Origin: Paragordius varius
Taxonomy: Eukaryota; Animalia; Nematomorpha
DNA: 64,000 nt
Direction of reading: 5' to 3'
Assembly (NCBI GenBank): GCA_964247055.1
Contig: OZ176052.1
Span: forward strand, 5,766,001-5,830,000
Shown here: one piece after another, positions 1 through 13,500 of the stretch
Position numbering within the stretch: the stretch's first letter is position 1
Layout: each line of letters begins with the position of its first letter
Made by a program: the position numbers and the translations under genes
The notes under the pieces: generated by a model
The model's database searches: none
Told to the model about the DNA's origin: nothing
What the model saw: only the letters and a program-made list of their open reading frames with translations

Positions 1-146
1 TGATTATATGTTATATCTCTTTTTCGCACATTAAGCATATCCTAATTATAAATATTAATAATAATTTATTTTAATTTATTTCGTTAGAGATTTCCCAGTT
101 TTATTTGTAAAATTATTTTAAAAATGTTGATATTTTCATATTTCAG

Positions 147-3100
147 GCTAATGATCACATACTTTTTGGGCGAAGTCATTTAAATGCTTCATCTATCCTT
201 CACAATTTAGCTAATGACATACAACTTACCATTTTAAGGTAAAAAAATAATCCCATTTTAATATTATTTTTTTAATTAACTAATAAATTATATATATTTT
301 GTGCTTTGTCATAATAAAATTCTTTGTTTTGTGTATGTAATAGACGCCCTAATGCTACCGATCAAATGGCCGTTAAACCACTCAAACCCAAGGACCATTT
401 AATTAATGTATTTTACCTTAAACCTTTTTTTTCATATATACAAAAATTAAAATTATACGGACAAAACGTAAAAATATAAAGACAAAAATGTTTTTTTTAA
501 AGACAACCATACTTTTTGAACCTTAATTTATTCTATAAAAATCAATAAATAACCATCGTAAAATATGCAATTTATATAGTTACCAATATACATCTCTATT
601 TTATACTTTGCAGTTTCAAACAATCAGTTATAATTAAAAAATTCAGGATTTAAAAAGTATTTTTGTCTTTTAGAAAAAAATATTTGCTTTATATTTTTAC
701 GTTTTGTCCGTATAATTACAATTTTTACTGCACGCCTCAAATATATTTTAATAAAATAATTTTTTGGATATTATTTTTATAGATTAAAACATATAATTTA
801 ATTTATATAAAGCATTAATTATTCTTGTAATAATTTTCTAAAATAATTTTAGCTATTTTAGGAGTGTAAAAATATTATACATTTCTTTTCTTAATTTTAT
901 ATTATTTTACACTTTGTTTAATGATAAAATTTAGAAAATGCAATACGAAAATCAACTCACAATCAATTCGACCTCTCAGCAACATGTAAAAATATATTTA
1001 ATTTTTTTTATAAAATACCATAAAAAATATTGAAATTCTTTTTTTTAAAAAAATAAAATTATTATCAACTTTAGGACCCTACATCTCTCACCAAAGGTGG
1101 ATTATCTTCAGTATCAGTTACAAGTATTTTGAACATTTTTTAAAAATAATTTTTTGCTTGTGAAATCTTTATATATTTCGCAAACTTTAGAGAAATCCCC
1201 AATGAAATTGCAAGACAATTTCGATCTCCTCACTTGCAATATCATCCCTGATCAGCCTACATTAATCCACATTGAAAAGCGGGGCCAACCGTTGGGCATT
1301 AGTTTAATGGGTGGTCAAGAAACATTACTTGTATGTCTTTTTTTTGAAAAAAAAATTTTTTTTTTACAAATGACAAAACTTTAAGGAGCTAATATATTTA
1401 TAGTTTGCCTTACAAAATTTAAATTTAAACTCTTATTTTTTCATTCAGGGTTCAATCATGATTGAGGAGATTCATAAAGACGGCGCTGCTCAACGCGATG
1501 GTAGGTTACAAGTCAATGATCTTATCTTAGAAGTAAAAAATTAAACATATTTTATGGAAATTATATATTATTAGAGATTTAAAGTCAATTTTGTATAAAA
1601 CAACTACCTATCACAATGTTATAAAATGATTATCGGAAACTAATTAGGTAGATTTAAGAATGACTTTTATGTTAACAAAGGATATCTCTTATATCAAAAA
1701 AATTATATATACCATTTACAGTTCAAATTTACCCTTGAACAATTCAAATTCACCCTCGAACAATTCAAATTCACTCTAAAAATAATTTATGTGTTTTCGA
1801 ACTAATAAAACTCAGCATTAATATAAGATATATCTTTATGGCATAGTTTATTATTTTTTCAGTATTATTTTAATTTTAAATAAAATTTTTATTTTTTAAA
1901 AAATATATAAAAGTATGGGTAATTTTTAACTTTAAAAAACATATATTTTATTTGAGGGTGAATTTGAATTGTTCGAGGGTAAATTTTAATTATAAAGTAT
2001 TTATAAATTACAATTTGGCTGCTACATATTTTTAAACACATAGAAATTATTACTAAATTATATAATTTGTAATTAATTAAATTATATTTCTTTTTGCATG
2101 GCCTACCCTTTTATAAAATATCAAGAGGTAAAAAATTATAAATAATGCAAGGTTTTTTTATCTAATACTTATTTGAAACTTTCATCCAATTCATTTCAAC
2201 CCGTTAACTTTAGCGAAATCCTATGGCTTTATTCACATTGAAATATTTCAGCATTTTATGTTTACGTATACCGCAACTACATGTAAAAATTTGCCTTTTT
2301 GCCCTCCTTATCTTATAATATAATTAAAATACTTCTAAAATAAACTTTATCAAAAAAGTTTGGCCTTCCAAAAAAGTAGAAACGGAATCCCAAATATACA
2401 GTAAAAATTGAAATTATACGGACAAAACGTAAAAATATAAGGACAAATATTATTTTCTAAAAGACAACCACACTCTTTAAATCTTTTTTTTAATGATAAC
2501 TGATTGTTTTAAACTACAAAACTAAAAATAGAGATGTGATTTAATAATTCAATCAATGATGTATTTTACAATTGTAATTAAATGATTTATAAAGGATAAA
2601 TTAAGGGTTAAAGAGATCTTTTGAAAAAAAATTTGTCTTTATATTTTAGCGTTTTGTCCGTATAATTTCAATTTTTACTGTAAAGTCCCTACCTAATCTG
2701 GAGATTTTTAATTTAATATTGTGTGATAGGTGAATGGTGAAAATTTACGGAAAGTGCCCTTAGAATTCGCCAAAGATTGTATCTACCAAGCTCATACACA
2801 TATTGTATTACTTATTTTACGTAACAGTCTGCAAGAAAAATTTAATCGAGAATACTTTGAATATCATACCATAGAATTGACCAAAAAACAAGGCAAATCT
2901 TTGGGAATTAGTATAAAAGATCGCTCAACTGCACCCCGTGTCATAATAACTCATTTGGTAATTAATTCTAATTTTGATGCAATCTAATATAACAAAAACA
3001 TTATATAAATGGTAGATTTGTTGCGATATATATAAAAAATATATTAATTATATTTTATTATTTTAAATATCCTATCGGCTTAAGAAATCATAAAATAATC

Positions 3101-4511
3101 AAAGTTAATAAAATTAAGGTTTATCCAGATTAAAACATGGTCAATAATTTTGTAACGTTGATTATTGTTTTTAGGCTGTATTCATTTTACCATTTTTATT
3201 TATTCACCTTTTTTTAGCTAAAAGGATCAGTGGCCGAATTAGACGGTCGTTTCAAAATTGGTGATCAGGTCCTCGAAATCAATTCACAAAATGTGGAAAA
3301 TATGCGTCAAGAAAAAATTGCATCGCTGTTAAAAGTAATTAATTTTTAAGTAAAAAATTCTTCAACTACATAACATTTTTATAAAGTCATTAGTAAAAAT
3401 TAAATTAGTAAATAAAGAGTAAAAATATAAAGGCAAATATTTTTTTCAAAAGTGCGCTGTATTTTTTTAAACTTGTTTTTTTATATAAATCGCGGCTTAA
3501 ATTGCCAAATATGAATAAGATATGTTAAGTTGTAACACATTTAAATATATATCTTACCATTATAATTAAATAATTTGCATAGAAAAAATCAAGATTTAAA
3601 AAATTATGGCTGTCTTTTGAAAAAAAAATTATTTGTGTTTAATTATCACGTTTTAACTATTTTTAGGGCCTATCCGGAAAAGTTACTTTCAAAATTCGCC
3701 GTTTAAAGCCTGCCACTGCATCGGCAACCAGCGAAAGTAGTAATGCTAAAACTCCACTAACGGAAAAATTTCTTAAACTCAAACTGAGCTCCGATAATCT
3801 ACAAGATAAAATGACTCATACTGGCAAATTTGTCTTAGGTATTGTAAGTTATACGAGTAAAAACTCAGATAGCTAATTATTGTTTAATTAGATGGGGCCT
3901 AAATAACTCGAGTTATAGCAAAATTATAAATGAAAATGATTATTTCTTATTATATTACAATAAATAAAATTGGAATCCATAATTTATGAAATTTTTATTT
4001 CTTATTTGTTTAAAATTGTATATCAGATGGGATGAGTTGTATTTTTTTGTATAATATAAATAAGCAATAATCGAATTAATTAAAGATGAATTTTCGATTA
4101 CTACTCTGTAATAATTTTTATCAAACGTAAAAATAATACAAAATAAAATATATTAAAAGGGAATTTTGCAGACTTTTTTTACAAATTTTAACAAATTAAA
4201 ATATTTATTCACATTGTAATAATTAATAAAATTTTTTGTATATTTTATAACCTGAATATTTGAATAATTTTGCCTTTTTTTATAACATAGGCAAACCTAA
4301 CCCAGAAACACCCAAAGAGGTTGGAAATATCAGTTTAATACAATTCACTCGAAATGAAAACGAAAACTGGGGCCTTGAACTCGCTGGAAGTGGCATAAGC
4401 AATCAAATGGACGCAATCGAACCTATCGCTATAAAAAGTGTTTCTCCTACCGGTTTAGCTTCCGGAAAATTGAATGTAATATATTATTTTATTTGTACTA
4501 TACGTATATCC

Positions 4512-4543
<32 letters not shown>

Positions 4544-5239
4544 CATGGTGTCATCATTTTAAACTTATAGTTTGCATTGCATGACCTATTGAATTTCATA
4601 ATAAATCTGTTCTCTCTCATTTGATTTATTGAAATACCCGAAAAACAATTTGACTAAAATTAATAATAGCGTTCGATTGTCGTTAAAGTTACGAACGGTT
4701 GCGTTTAAAACATTTGATTTTACAGTCTTATCATTCAATTTATTCAATTAATTTTTACTTTGTGTCTGAATTTATTTTTATATTTTGTATATCAAAAAAG
4801 TGGAGGCCGATAATTTGGCCTCATATCGGAGAAGATATTTTAAGTGCCTTAACAAACCTTTACCTTTTAATAAGGCTGGAGATTCAGCCCCATTGAAAAT
4901 TTGGATAAATATTATAAAATTAGAGATTTAAAAAGCCAAAGCTAAAATTAATTTATTTCACGCTTCCAAAATTATTAAAATGCCTCGTCATATTTTTCTG
5001 TCCACAGTTTATTTGTTTGTGAACCTTGCTCTGTCTGTCTACATTTGAAATCACTGTATTTATATTTTATATATATAAATGTGTATGTGTTATAGAAAGG
5101 TGATCGTTTACTCAGTGTAAATGGACAATCGTTAGAAAACATGTCCTTAGGCCAAGCCAATAATTTTTTGAATAACTTAAAAGGTCCAATCTCCATGGAA
5201 GTTGTCAAATCAACATCAAAATTATCACCAAATGCCTGA
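147..5239 (+). CDS. PATJ: Multi-PDZ scaffold protein (PATJ/InaD-like, MPDZ family), 3' portion; 5' end lies outside the window
   Basis: Phase-consistent GT-AG exons: 147-238, 344-407, 935-985, 1075-1123, 1191-1330, 1449-1532, 2730-2957, 3218-3334, 3667-3838, 4291-4475, 5096-5239 (TGA). The translation has the family motifs HILFGRSHLNAS..RRPNATDQMAV (cf. ILYGRSHQNAS..NEDAVNQMAV) and DLLTCNIIP..LGISLMGGQETLLGSIMIEEIHKDGAAQRDGRLQVNDLILEVNG. Two more PDZ domains follow (GKSLGISI..DGRFKIGDQVLEIN; WGLELAG..KGDRLLSVNGQSL). The last exon is not in the ORF track. Confidence 0.9.
441..730. mobile_element. MITE family 1 (long TIRs, Tc1/mariner-type), intronic copy
   Basis: Inverted arms AAAATTATACGGACAAAACGTAAAAATATAAAGACAA / TTTATATTTTTACGTTTTGTCCGTATAATT; homologous to 2399-2680 and 50714-50997. 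Confidence 0.8.
1710..1999. mobile_element. MITE family 2 (TACCATTTAC termini, ~21-bp subterminal repeats)
   Basis: Starts TA|TACCATTTACAGTTCAAATT, has tandem CAATTCAAATTCACCC(T/C)(T/C)GAA units and their inverted copies at the other end; same family as 9428-9720, 16063-16325 and 49308-49570. Confidence 0.75.
2399..2680. mobile_element. MITE family 1, best-preserved copy
   Basis: TA|CAGTAAAAATTGAAATTATACGGACAAAACG ... CGTTTTGTCCGTATAATTTCAATTTTTACTG|TA: near-perfect TIR with TA target duplication. Confidence 0.88.
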
Positions 5240-5699
5240 AACAATTGAACCATCTAATTCAAAAACAGAAAAAACGTCACGGTTACATTACAATCTAATT
5301 AGCAAGCTTTAAGAAGTTATAAAACCTCCGTAAAGATTTGAAAAGACGCATAATACCCTCCCCTCTGGTCATTATAGTTAATTTACCATTACAATTTAGT
5401 ATATGGTCGTATCTTACATTATTTGCCAAAGAAAATTTTTTTCACAACATATAATTTATAAACATGGCATCATTGATATGCATATCGATTATAATAAATT
5501 ATTTTATCTTTATTATGATATTATTTAGAAAAAATTTGTATTTTTAAGTGTCCATTCCTCTAGCAACGTGGTTCGCAAAAATTTTATATTTAATGAATTA
5601 TTTATTTTTAATAATTAGCTTTTAAACGTTTTAAAAGAGTAGTTTTTAATTATCCCGATTGTTTCGCTTATCTAAGATGCATAAGAAAGGTAAGGTTCT

Positions 5700-6230
5700 T
5701 TATAAGATCATAAGCTATAAAAATATCATTTGTATTGGTTTGGCCCAGTTATAGGGATGCCATGGATTAATTTACGATATATGTCTCTATCATTTGTTGC
5801 GTTTCGAGGTATGTTCAGGAATTTAAAGTCTTGTTCTATGATTTGAGTCCAAGTTGTTTTAGGCCTCCCTTTACGTTTGGGGGCAGAAATCTGTAAATCA
5901 AGAATTTCCTTTGCAGGTGAGTCTATACTGATCTGTTTATGTGTCCAAAATACCGAAATCTATTTGTTAAAAGCTGTTATTGGTTCAAAATATCTTGGAA
6001 TTAATATATTATGCATTTGTAGGGTTTAATTCCAATTGTTTGATCCAAGTTAAATATAAGTTAGGCTTGCATAAGTTTCAACAAAATTTACAATTACTGT
6101 ATAAACATGACCCTTCTGTAAAAATATTTTGGCCACTTAGTTTAGCAAGAAAAGCGATCTCATATTTAGGCATAAAAATTTCAACATTCCAAATATTCGA
6201 CAATGTAAAAAAATAAGATTTTTCACAGAA
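5700..6230 (-). mobile_element. RTE-clade LINE 3' remnant (degenerate ORF C-terminus)
   Basis: Minus-strand frames give RFRYFGHINR and SPAKEILDLQISAPKRKGRPKTTWTQIIEQDF..DRDIYRKLI, matching the RTE C-terminal pattern RLRWFGHVxR..GRPR..W..DRxxWR, with frameshifts and stops. Boundaries approximate. Confidence 0.7.
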
Positions 6231-7501
6231 CTGTAAACTACGAAGCAAAAATATAAATTTATTTAAATATATATATATAACATATAGTATAAAGTCATTT
6301 ACAATGGGATAAGTAAATAATTTTTTTTATTATAAATAATAATAAAATTATATCCAACTTACATTTCACATATAACATAAATAATAAATGTATAAAAACT
6401 TGATGAATTATCCAAAAAATATTTATCAGGAATAAGAAATAAAGTGAATGAATGCAGATTACATCAATTTGGTTGCCAATAATTTTAAATTGGGGGAAAT
6501 GTAAGATAAGGGTTTATTCGATGCGTAATTGTTAGGATAGATAAAAAAAATATTTGTATTATTTTCCTTAAATAAGATTCAGAAATTTATGATTGATTGA
6601 TTAAATTATTAAATGCCTAATTAAAAAAATTATTGAGTGTTTGAAATATATAAAACTAAAATTCTTCCTAAATCAATTAATTTTCCAATAAATTTGAGAT
6701 TTTAATTAAAATAAAATTTCAATATTTTTTTTCCAAAGTTGGATATAATTACAAAAGCAACATCCTAATTTTGTTGTATTATAATTTTTTGGTGCATAAT
6801 TTGAAAAAAATAATACGTGGTAAGGGAAGTTGTAGAATGTATATATAAAATATGTTTGATTAGGTATTGCCATTAAGAAACGTAATTGAATTTTATTCTT
6901 AATCATAATTATTAATTATAGTATGGTAATATGAATGATTCATAAATAAAAACTACTTAATAAATGCCATTTTTTACAATTTATATATATTAAAGCGTTT
7001 GGTTCATGTGTCAACATTGTTATTATGCCAAATTTGATGGTCAAAAAACTAAATAATGCTTAGAAAAATTCACAGTGGTTACAAAATATGATAGAAAAAA
7101 ACGGAATGCTATTAAGACTTAATATGATTTTATGAACGCAAAAAGACCGAAAAATTAGTATAGATTGGTGCGTGAGTGAACATCGCAATCGTCTATTCTT
7201 TTGCCAGTTAGGGGCTCGGTAGGAGATGAATAATAAAATCCATTTGTCCCGATCCCGGGCTCCAAGTTTTCTTGACTAATTTTAGCGCATGATTTTTCAC
7301 AATCTATAAAGTTATTATTTTAAAATGTAAAATTCACAATCGAAACAATTATCTTTACTCATTCGTATAATCGACTTGAAATGAATCCAACTTTGTGGAT
7401 TTGAAATCAGTAGTATTGTGATTTTGATAATATTTAATTTGCTATTTTAACAAATATTTTATTATTTTATACCAATAGCAAATAAAACAAATTAATAAAT
7501 A

Positions 7502-10500
7502 TCATTTTATAGTTTCATAACCTTGTGTAGGTAGTTTGTCTTGAGCAACGATATGATCAGGGTCATTCACCAGTCCTGCCTTACTTTTGATTGTGCCATT
7601 TGCGGTAATGTTTGGAACGTTTGGATTTGCATTTGATTTACGATTGTGTAATTCCCCAATAAATGAACGCGAAAGTGGATTAGAGGGTAGAGTGTCACCT
7701 ATTGCCGCAGCATAATTGTTGTCAGATACCTCATTCTCTGGATTGTCAACACCAATTGATTCGTCGGTTACATTTACTCTTTTACGTTCTTCAAGTTCTG
7801 AAGCGTAGGAGGAGGTAGGCGCCCCCCTTTTAAGGTAACTAATCCCTCCACTCTTCTTAACGTGTCCGTTGGCTAAAGTGTCAAGTGATAGAGGATGTGA
7901 TGCATTACTAGATTTGCCCATATAATTTTTTGGGGCACAAATTGTACCATTTTGAGACGTATTTTGGGACTTGGAGTGGTGATAAAGCGGATGATCAGAT
8001 GAGGAATTATTAAGAAGAATGTTATATCCATTGCTGAGGAGTTTGAAATGTCGAGTAGGGCTCGTAAATATATCAAGGGCAGTTTGTGTCATTTTACTGA
8101 GAGGGTTCGTGGTCTTGGGTAGGTTTGGAGCGTTCTTAGCAGACGGATCTTGAAATATTTTATATAAGATAGTAACGAAATATCAATTTAATGTAAATTT
8201 TGTGGATTATTATATATTTCACCATTTTGATTGACCACCTGAAGAGGCAAGTGGTATTAATATAGAATAATGTGATTTAATGCCTCATAAAAGGAAAACA
8301 GACCAACTATAAGGTTAGTCATCAAAAAATTTGATAAATAAAGTAATAAAAACGGATAATACTAATAAAATAATTTTCAACAACAAATTCTTTTAAAAAA
8401 AACGTTGGTTTAAGTGTGATAACATTTATATAACTTACTGTGTAGATTAGAATAGGCGCTATGATTATTACCCCTCAACACATTATTGATTAAACGGTGT
8501 GGGGAATGATGATTATTATAATTATTGTTAATCTTATTCATATTGGCACCAATTGATGCGGATGAGGAAAGGTAAGCGGCTGGACTAAATCGCAAACGAC
8601 TGCCATCCAAACTAATGGTATCTTCAACGGTTGTTTTACGGTAAACGGGATTATCAAAGTTGAGACTTTTAACGTTTCGCGTATTTTGATTTCGCCACAC
8701 CAAGTAAATGAGCTAACACATAAAAGTTTCATGATAATATTTTGGCTAAAATTAATAAGAGCTTTAATGCCCCAAAAAATTAGGATTTGGAACAAAATTC
8801 AAAAACTAATTTGCAGCAACTGTTTTTAATGATTTTTCGTCATATTTTATAATATAATGTTTTTTTAATATTTATCAAAGATGTAATCAATGCTATTTAA
8901 TTAAATACAATTGCTAGGTATCAAAAACCCCTATAACAAATTAACCACATTATTTAAAAAATTTATTTTTGCATATATATCATACCTTAATAACCAGACA
9001 AAAACATATATATAATTTACGATCTGGATAACTTTTTCTTAAATATAGTTTCAACAACAAGTGACTTATTTAACGAATAAAACGCGATCTTAATTTTCCG
9101 AATCTAAGTATTATTAATTTTTAAAAAGATGCCAATATTGAAAGGGCATATTTTTATACCAAATGTCACACTACACTATATGGTATTTTACAAAAACAAA
9201 AATACCATGAAAGCAAAGGCAAAAGTCAAGACTAAACCCATTAGGATGAGGGTGGATTTTTTGGGACCTGAATAAGAGTTTAGGGCTGATAGACTTTGTG
9301 CTTGTGCCTTTTTTCCGATACTGGCGGAGTCTTTAGCTTTAGAAATCAAAGCTTGATGCGTATCATCATAATTATCTTAAAATAAAGAAAAGTCGGTTAA
9401 GGATAATACTGCAAGCAAAAAATGGTATACCATTTACAATTCAAATTCACCCTTGAACAATTCAAATTCACCCTCAAACAATTCAAATTTACCCTTGAAC
9501 AATTTAAATTCACCCTAATATATATTGTGTTTTCGGGATAATAAAACTATCATTAATATATATATATATATTTTTACGACATAGTTTATTATTTTTTCAG
9601 TATTATATTAATTTCAAACAGAATTTTATATTTTAAAAAGATTATTTAATCTTAAAAAGAGCATAATTTTTTTAAGGTGAATTTGAATTTTTCAAGGGTG
9701 TATTTGAACTGTAAATGGTATATAAGGTAATCAATCATTAATCGCCCTAAATAATAATTTCTACGCAGCTGAATTTAATTATACTAATTCGCTAAACTAA
9801 CAAATTTAGAGCTGTTTTTTTCGAAAAAAGCTTATTAATGTTGACATAGCATGTATGTTGAATCAAAATTAAAAGTGCTGTCTGTATCTTTAAAAAAACT
9901 ATATTAATTTAAAACTATCTGGACAATTAGTATGATTAATAAAACAATTTACCGTGAAAAATGGGTGCATCACCATTATCATCGTGTTTGTGTTGTTCTG
10001 CAAAAGTTTGTTTTGAACCAGCGGGCCATACAATATCAGCGTTGCCAAAAACTTTGGTATACCTATCCTGAGATTTGTGTGGATATGTGGAACGAGTCCC
10101 ACTCAAATCAATCACCTGTTTAGGCCCGGGAGTTACTTCAATCGTATTGGGTGTAATTGATTTGAAAAATGTCTGTGTTAATATGTAATAAATTATATTA
10201 TACAAACATATCTCATAAAAAACATAAAACGAATAATTGATAAGGAAACGATCAAAACTACGTAAAAAACCATAAATATATAATTATCCAGATTTTTTAT
10301 TCAATTATTGCCAAATGACATTTACAGTTAAGAAATTAGAATTGGCTTAAGGTTGACGCATAAAAGTGTTCAATTATTGCTTTTCATTAATACTATCTGG
10401 CATAAAAAACTACTAATTTTAATCATATATTGACATTTAATATCCATCAAATTTATGTAACGAACCTTAATGCCCAGAGGAGGAGAATTCGTTAATGAGA

Positions 10501-13500
10501 TTTGATTGATTTCAATACATTTAGATGCATTTGTAGGATCAACAATGTAACCGGTAGAACAAGCGCAACTATAAAGAGATGCCAAAGTTTTCTAAAATAA
10601 AAGTACAAATTATATGTATGCTATAATAATTATGGACATAAAAGTCTATAAATTGATTTTTCACCATTTCCAGGCGTTAAAACTTTCTAAAAATAAAATC
10701 ATGTTTAAACATTACAATAGAAAAAACTCTTGTATGTTTTTTTTGCATCAAAATTCTTGTTTATATTTTTCATCCCAATCAATCTTAATTATGAAAATAG
10801 AACAAACAAATATGCTGCTTTCAATGAAAAAATTTGTCCAATTCATAAGTTGTATGGTGCTGTAAAAATATTCACTCACAAAATCCCATATATCCTTACT
10901 TACCTTGGTTGAATCGTTTGTTATGGAGGCAGGTAGGCATAAATGTTGACAGCCTCCATTGTGTTCATATGAACCACAAGCATTAATTATTACCGTACCA
11001 TCATTATAAGTTTGGGGTTGCCGTAAGGCATGGAATATTCGAATGTCCATGGGGCTATATACATCCCGAGCCACGGGTTTAATATCTTTTCCGGTAAATT
11101 TATTTGCCACATAAATTGTTTCATTTTCCCAATCAGTCCAATACATCCAATCCTAAGTAGAGACATATATACAACATTAACTTTGTTAATAATTAATTGT
11201 ACACTAGGAAATAAATTTCGTTTTTATCAAACAAAAATTAATTATGCATGCACAGTATAAAGGTTAAAAATAATTAAAAGATTATAAATTTGAAAAATAA
11301 GCAATGGTTTAAAAAAATTTACCAATTTTAAGGGAATAAAATGTTGACAAGAAAATAAAAAAGGTCTGTGTATCCAATATATTCCAAACAAGGGTAAAAT
11401 TTTACAGGTCTAATTAATTATTTATCATTTTTAAATAATTATTAAGTTTTAAAAAATTGGCATGCCTCCAAATATATACTCCCCCGAATTATATTTGTAA
11501 AATATCGCAATTAAGCCAAACCTCAAAAACTGTTATAGCAAAGGGATGCCTGATATTACTTTTACTGTCTAAAACAGTGTAGCGATTTTGACCCTCAAGA
11601 TCGGATGTTACTATTTGATCCAATTTGGCATCTACCCAATATAATCGATCATTTGCAAAATCTAAGCAAAAGGGTATAAAATTAAATATCAAAAACAAGA
11701 ACCATTTCAATAATTAAATAATGTAATCAAAGACACCCCCATTTTTATTAAATTTATAATATAAACAATTAATGATTCCTATCAACTTATGGTGTAAAAT
11801 AGTTAAGTTTTAGAGTTGTCAAATGCAATTTATATATACCTATTTATTTTATATGCATTTTTTTAAAAAAAATCTTTCATAAAATAATTTTGCTATAAGA
11901 ACTATTTGATATGATGTTTTACAATTTTAAAAATAAATTACCGATTCAAAAGCGACAACAAAAAATTTGGACCCTTTCAAATAAATTATATCAATAAAAG
12001 CATACCATATAAATTTAATTTAAATTTTACCTATAGCCAACCCATTGGGCCATACAATATTTGTGTCAACTATAACGCGACGATTTAAGCCATCAGCACC
12101 GGCTTTTTCAATCCTGGGCTTGGAACCCCAATCAGTCCAATAAATGTACCTATAAAATGTAAAATTAATTCTATAAGTATTATGTCTTAAAATAATTAAT
12201 TAAACAATACAAAACATGTACTAAGCAAGTATTACAAGGGAATAGCCTATTCGTAAAACAGAAGTTGTGTTAATCAAATCAATTTTTATTTAATCCCCAA
12301 AAACATTTTACCAATTTGTTGAACGGTAGGGTATATGGAGAATAATATTTAATGGTTTACCTAAAATTATTATTCTCTCGATTGGTATTAAATAGACTAA
12401 CAGAAATATTTATATGCAAAATCATATTGATAATTTTAAAAAGGATCATAAAAACACCTATATCTTGGGTCAACAATGATAGCACGAGGTTCGTCTAAAT
12501 CTGTGGCTATTAAAACAGTCCTAGCCAATTCTGTGTAAATTTCTTCATGAGATGGTGATTGACTAGATGAAGTGGAGGTAGCAGAGTTTGATGTCTGCAA
12601 ATTATGTTCAAGATAATTATGATTCTTAGTTTAAATACAAAAACAATAAAAACACTAAATATTTAGGCAAGGTATCATATTAAAAGCTATTATTTGACAA
12701 GGGTTTGTCATATATATATATATATATATATAAACTTATAAAGACCGATATAGTTATATTTAATTATATCAACATAATAGTACAAATTTTTATAAAAATA
12801 CTAAAGGCCGAAATTAATTTTTTGCCAATTCGAAAACGCTCCCTTTAAAAATTATAAAGAGATAGAAAAAAACAAACCGCAGTAAATTTTAATGCGCTAT
12901 CAGGGGGTAATCGTGCAACTTCTATAGTATTTTTGCCAGTATCAGTCCAATACAAAAGTCTATGGATCCAATCAAGACTTAAACCATCAGGCATACTCAA
13001 GTTTCCTTGTATAATGAGTTTTACAAGGGGATTATTCGTATAGCCATCTATTGCCCGCGTAGTTTCGATCGACGGAGTTACTGAAGAGGATTTAGCAGTA
13101 GAATTCTGTTTTTATAGGCAAAGCAAAATTAAATTTTATAAAAGAGCGTTCAACAATTACATTTTGATAGGAAAATATCGGGTAAAATCAGTCAAACTAA
13201 TATAAATATTATTTTTGAACATACTTAATATGATATTTTATTTTGTAATATAATAATTTTTACAGTAGTATTCAATATCATAAAACTTAAAGAAAATTAT
13301 TAATTAAACTTATAAAAAAGATAAAAATTATAATATCGCTATTTAAGTTTAACCATAAACATGTTGTGATATAAATGGGAATTATGTATTTTTGATATTA
13401 ATGAAACAAGTGTTCAGAAATTTGAATAGGATAGTAAGTAAAATATTAAGGCAATATTCAAATTATAAAAATATAAAGAGAGTTATCAAAATTCATTTAT

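Noticed and set aside
4515-4541. (TA)n tracts here and near 12712, 33400, 35924, 40530 and 59915
   Set aside because: Ordinary microsatellites.
4975-5253. 92-aa minus-strand ORF in the track
   Set aside because: It is the antisense shadow of the last PATJ exon (5096-5239, plus strand).
7502-7520. Idea that the receptor tail is a PDZ ligand for the adjacent multi-PDZ protein
   Set aside because: The C-terminus is ..YETIK; a terminal Lys does not fit canonical PDZ-binding motifs, and adjacency alone is not evidence.
8223-8238. Possible 16-nt micro-exon (CTTCAG|GTGGTCAATCAAAATG|GT) in the last receptor intron
   Set aside because: Inclusion would shift the frame of the long terminal exon.
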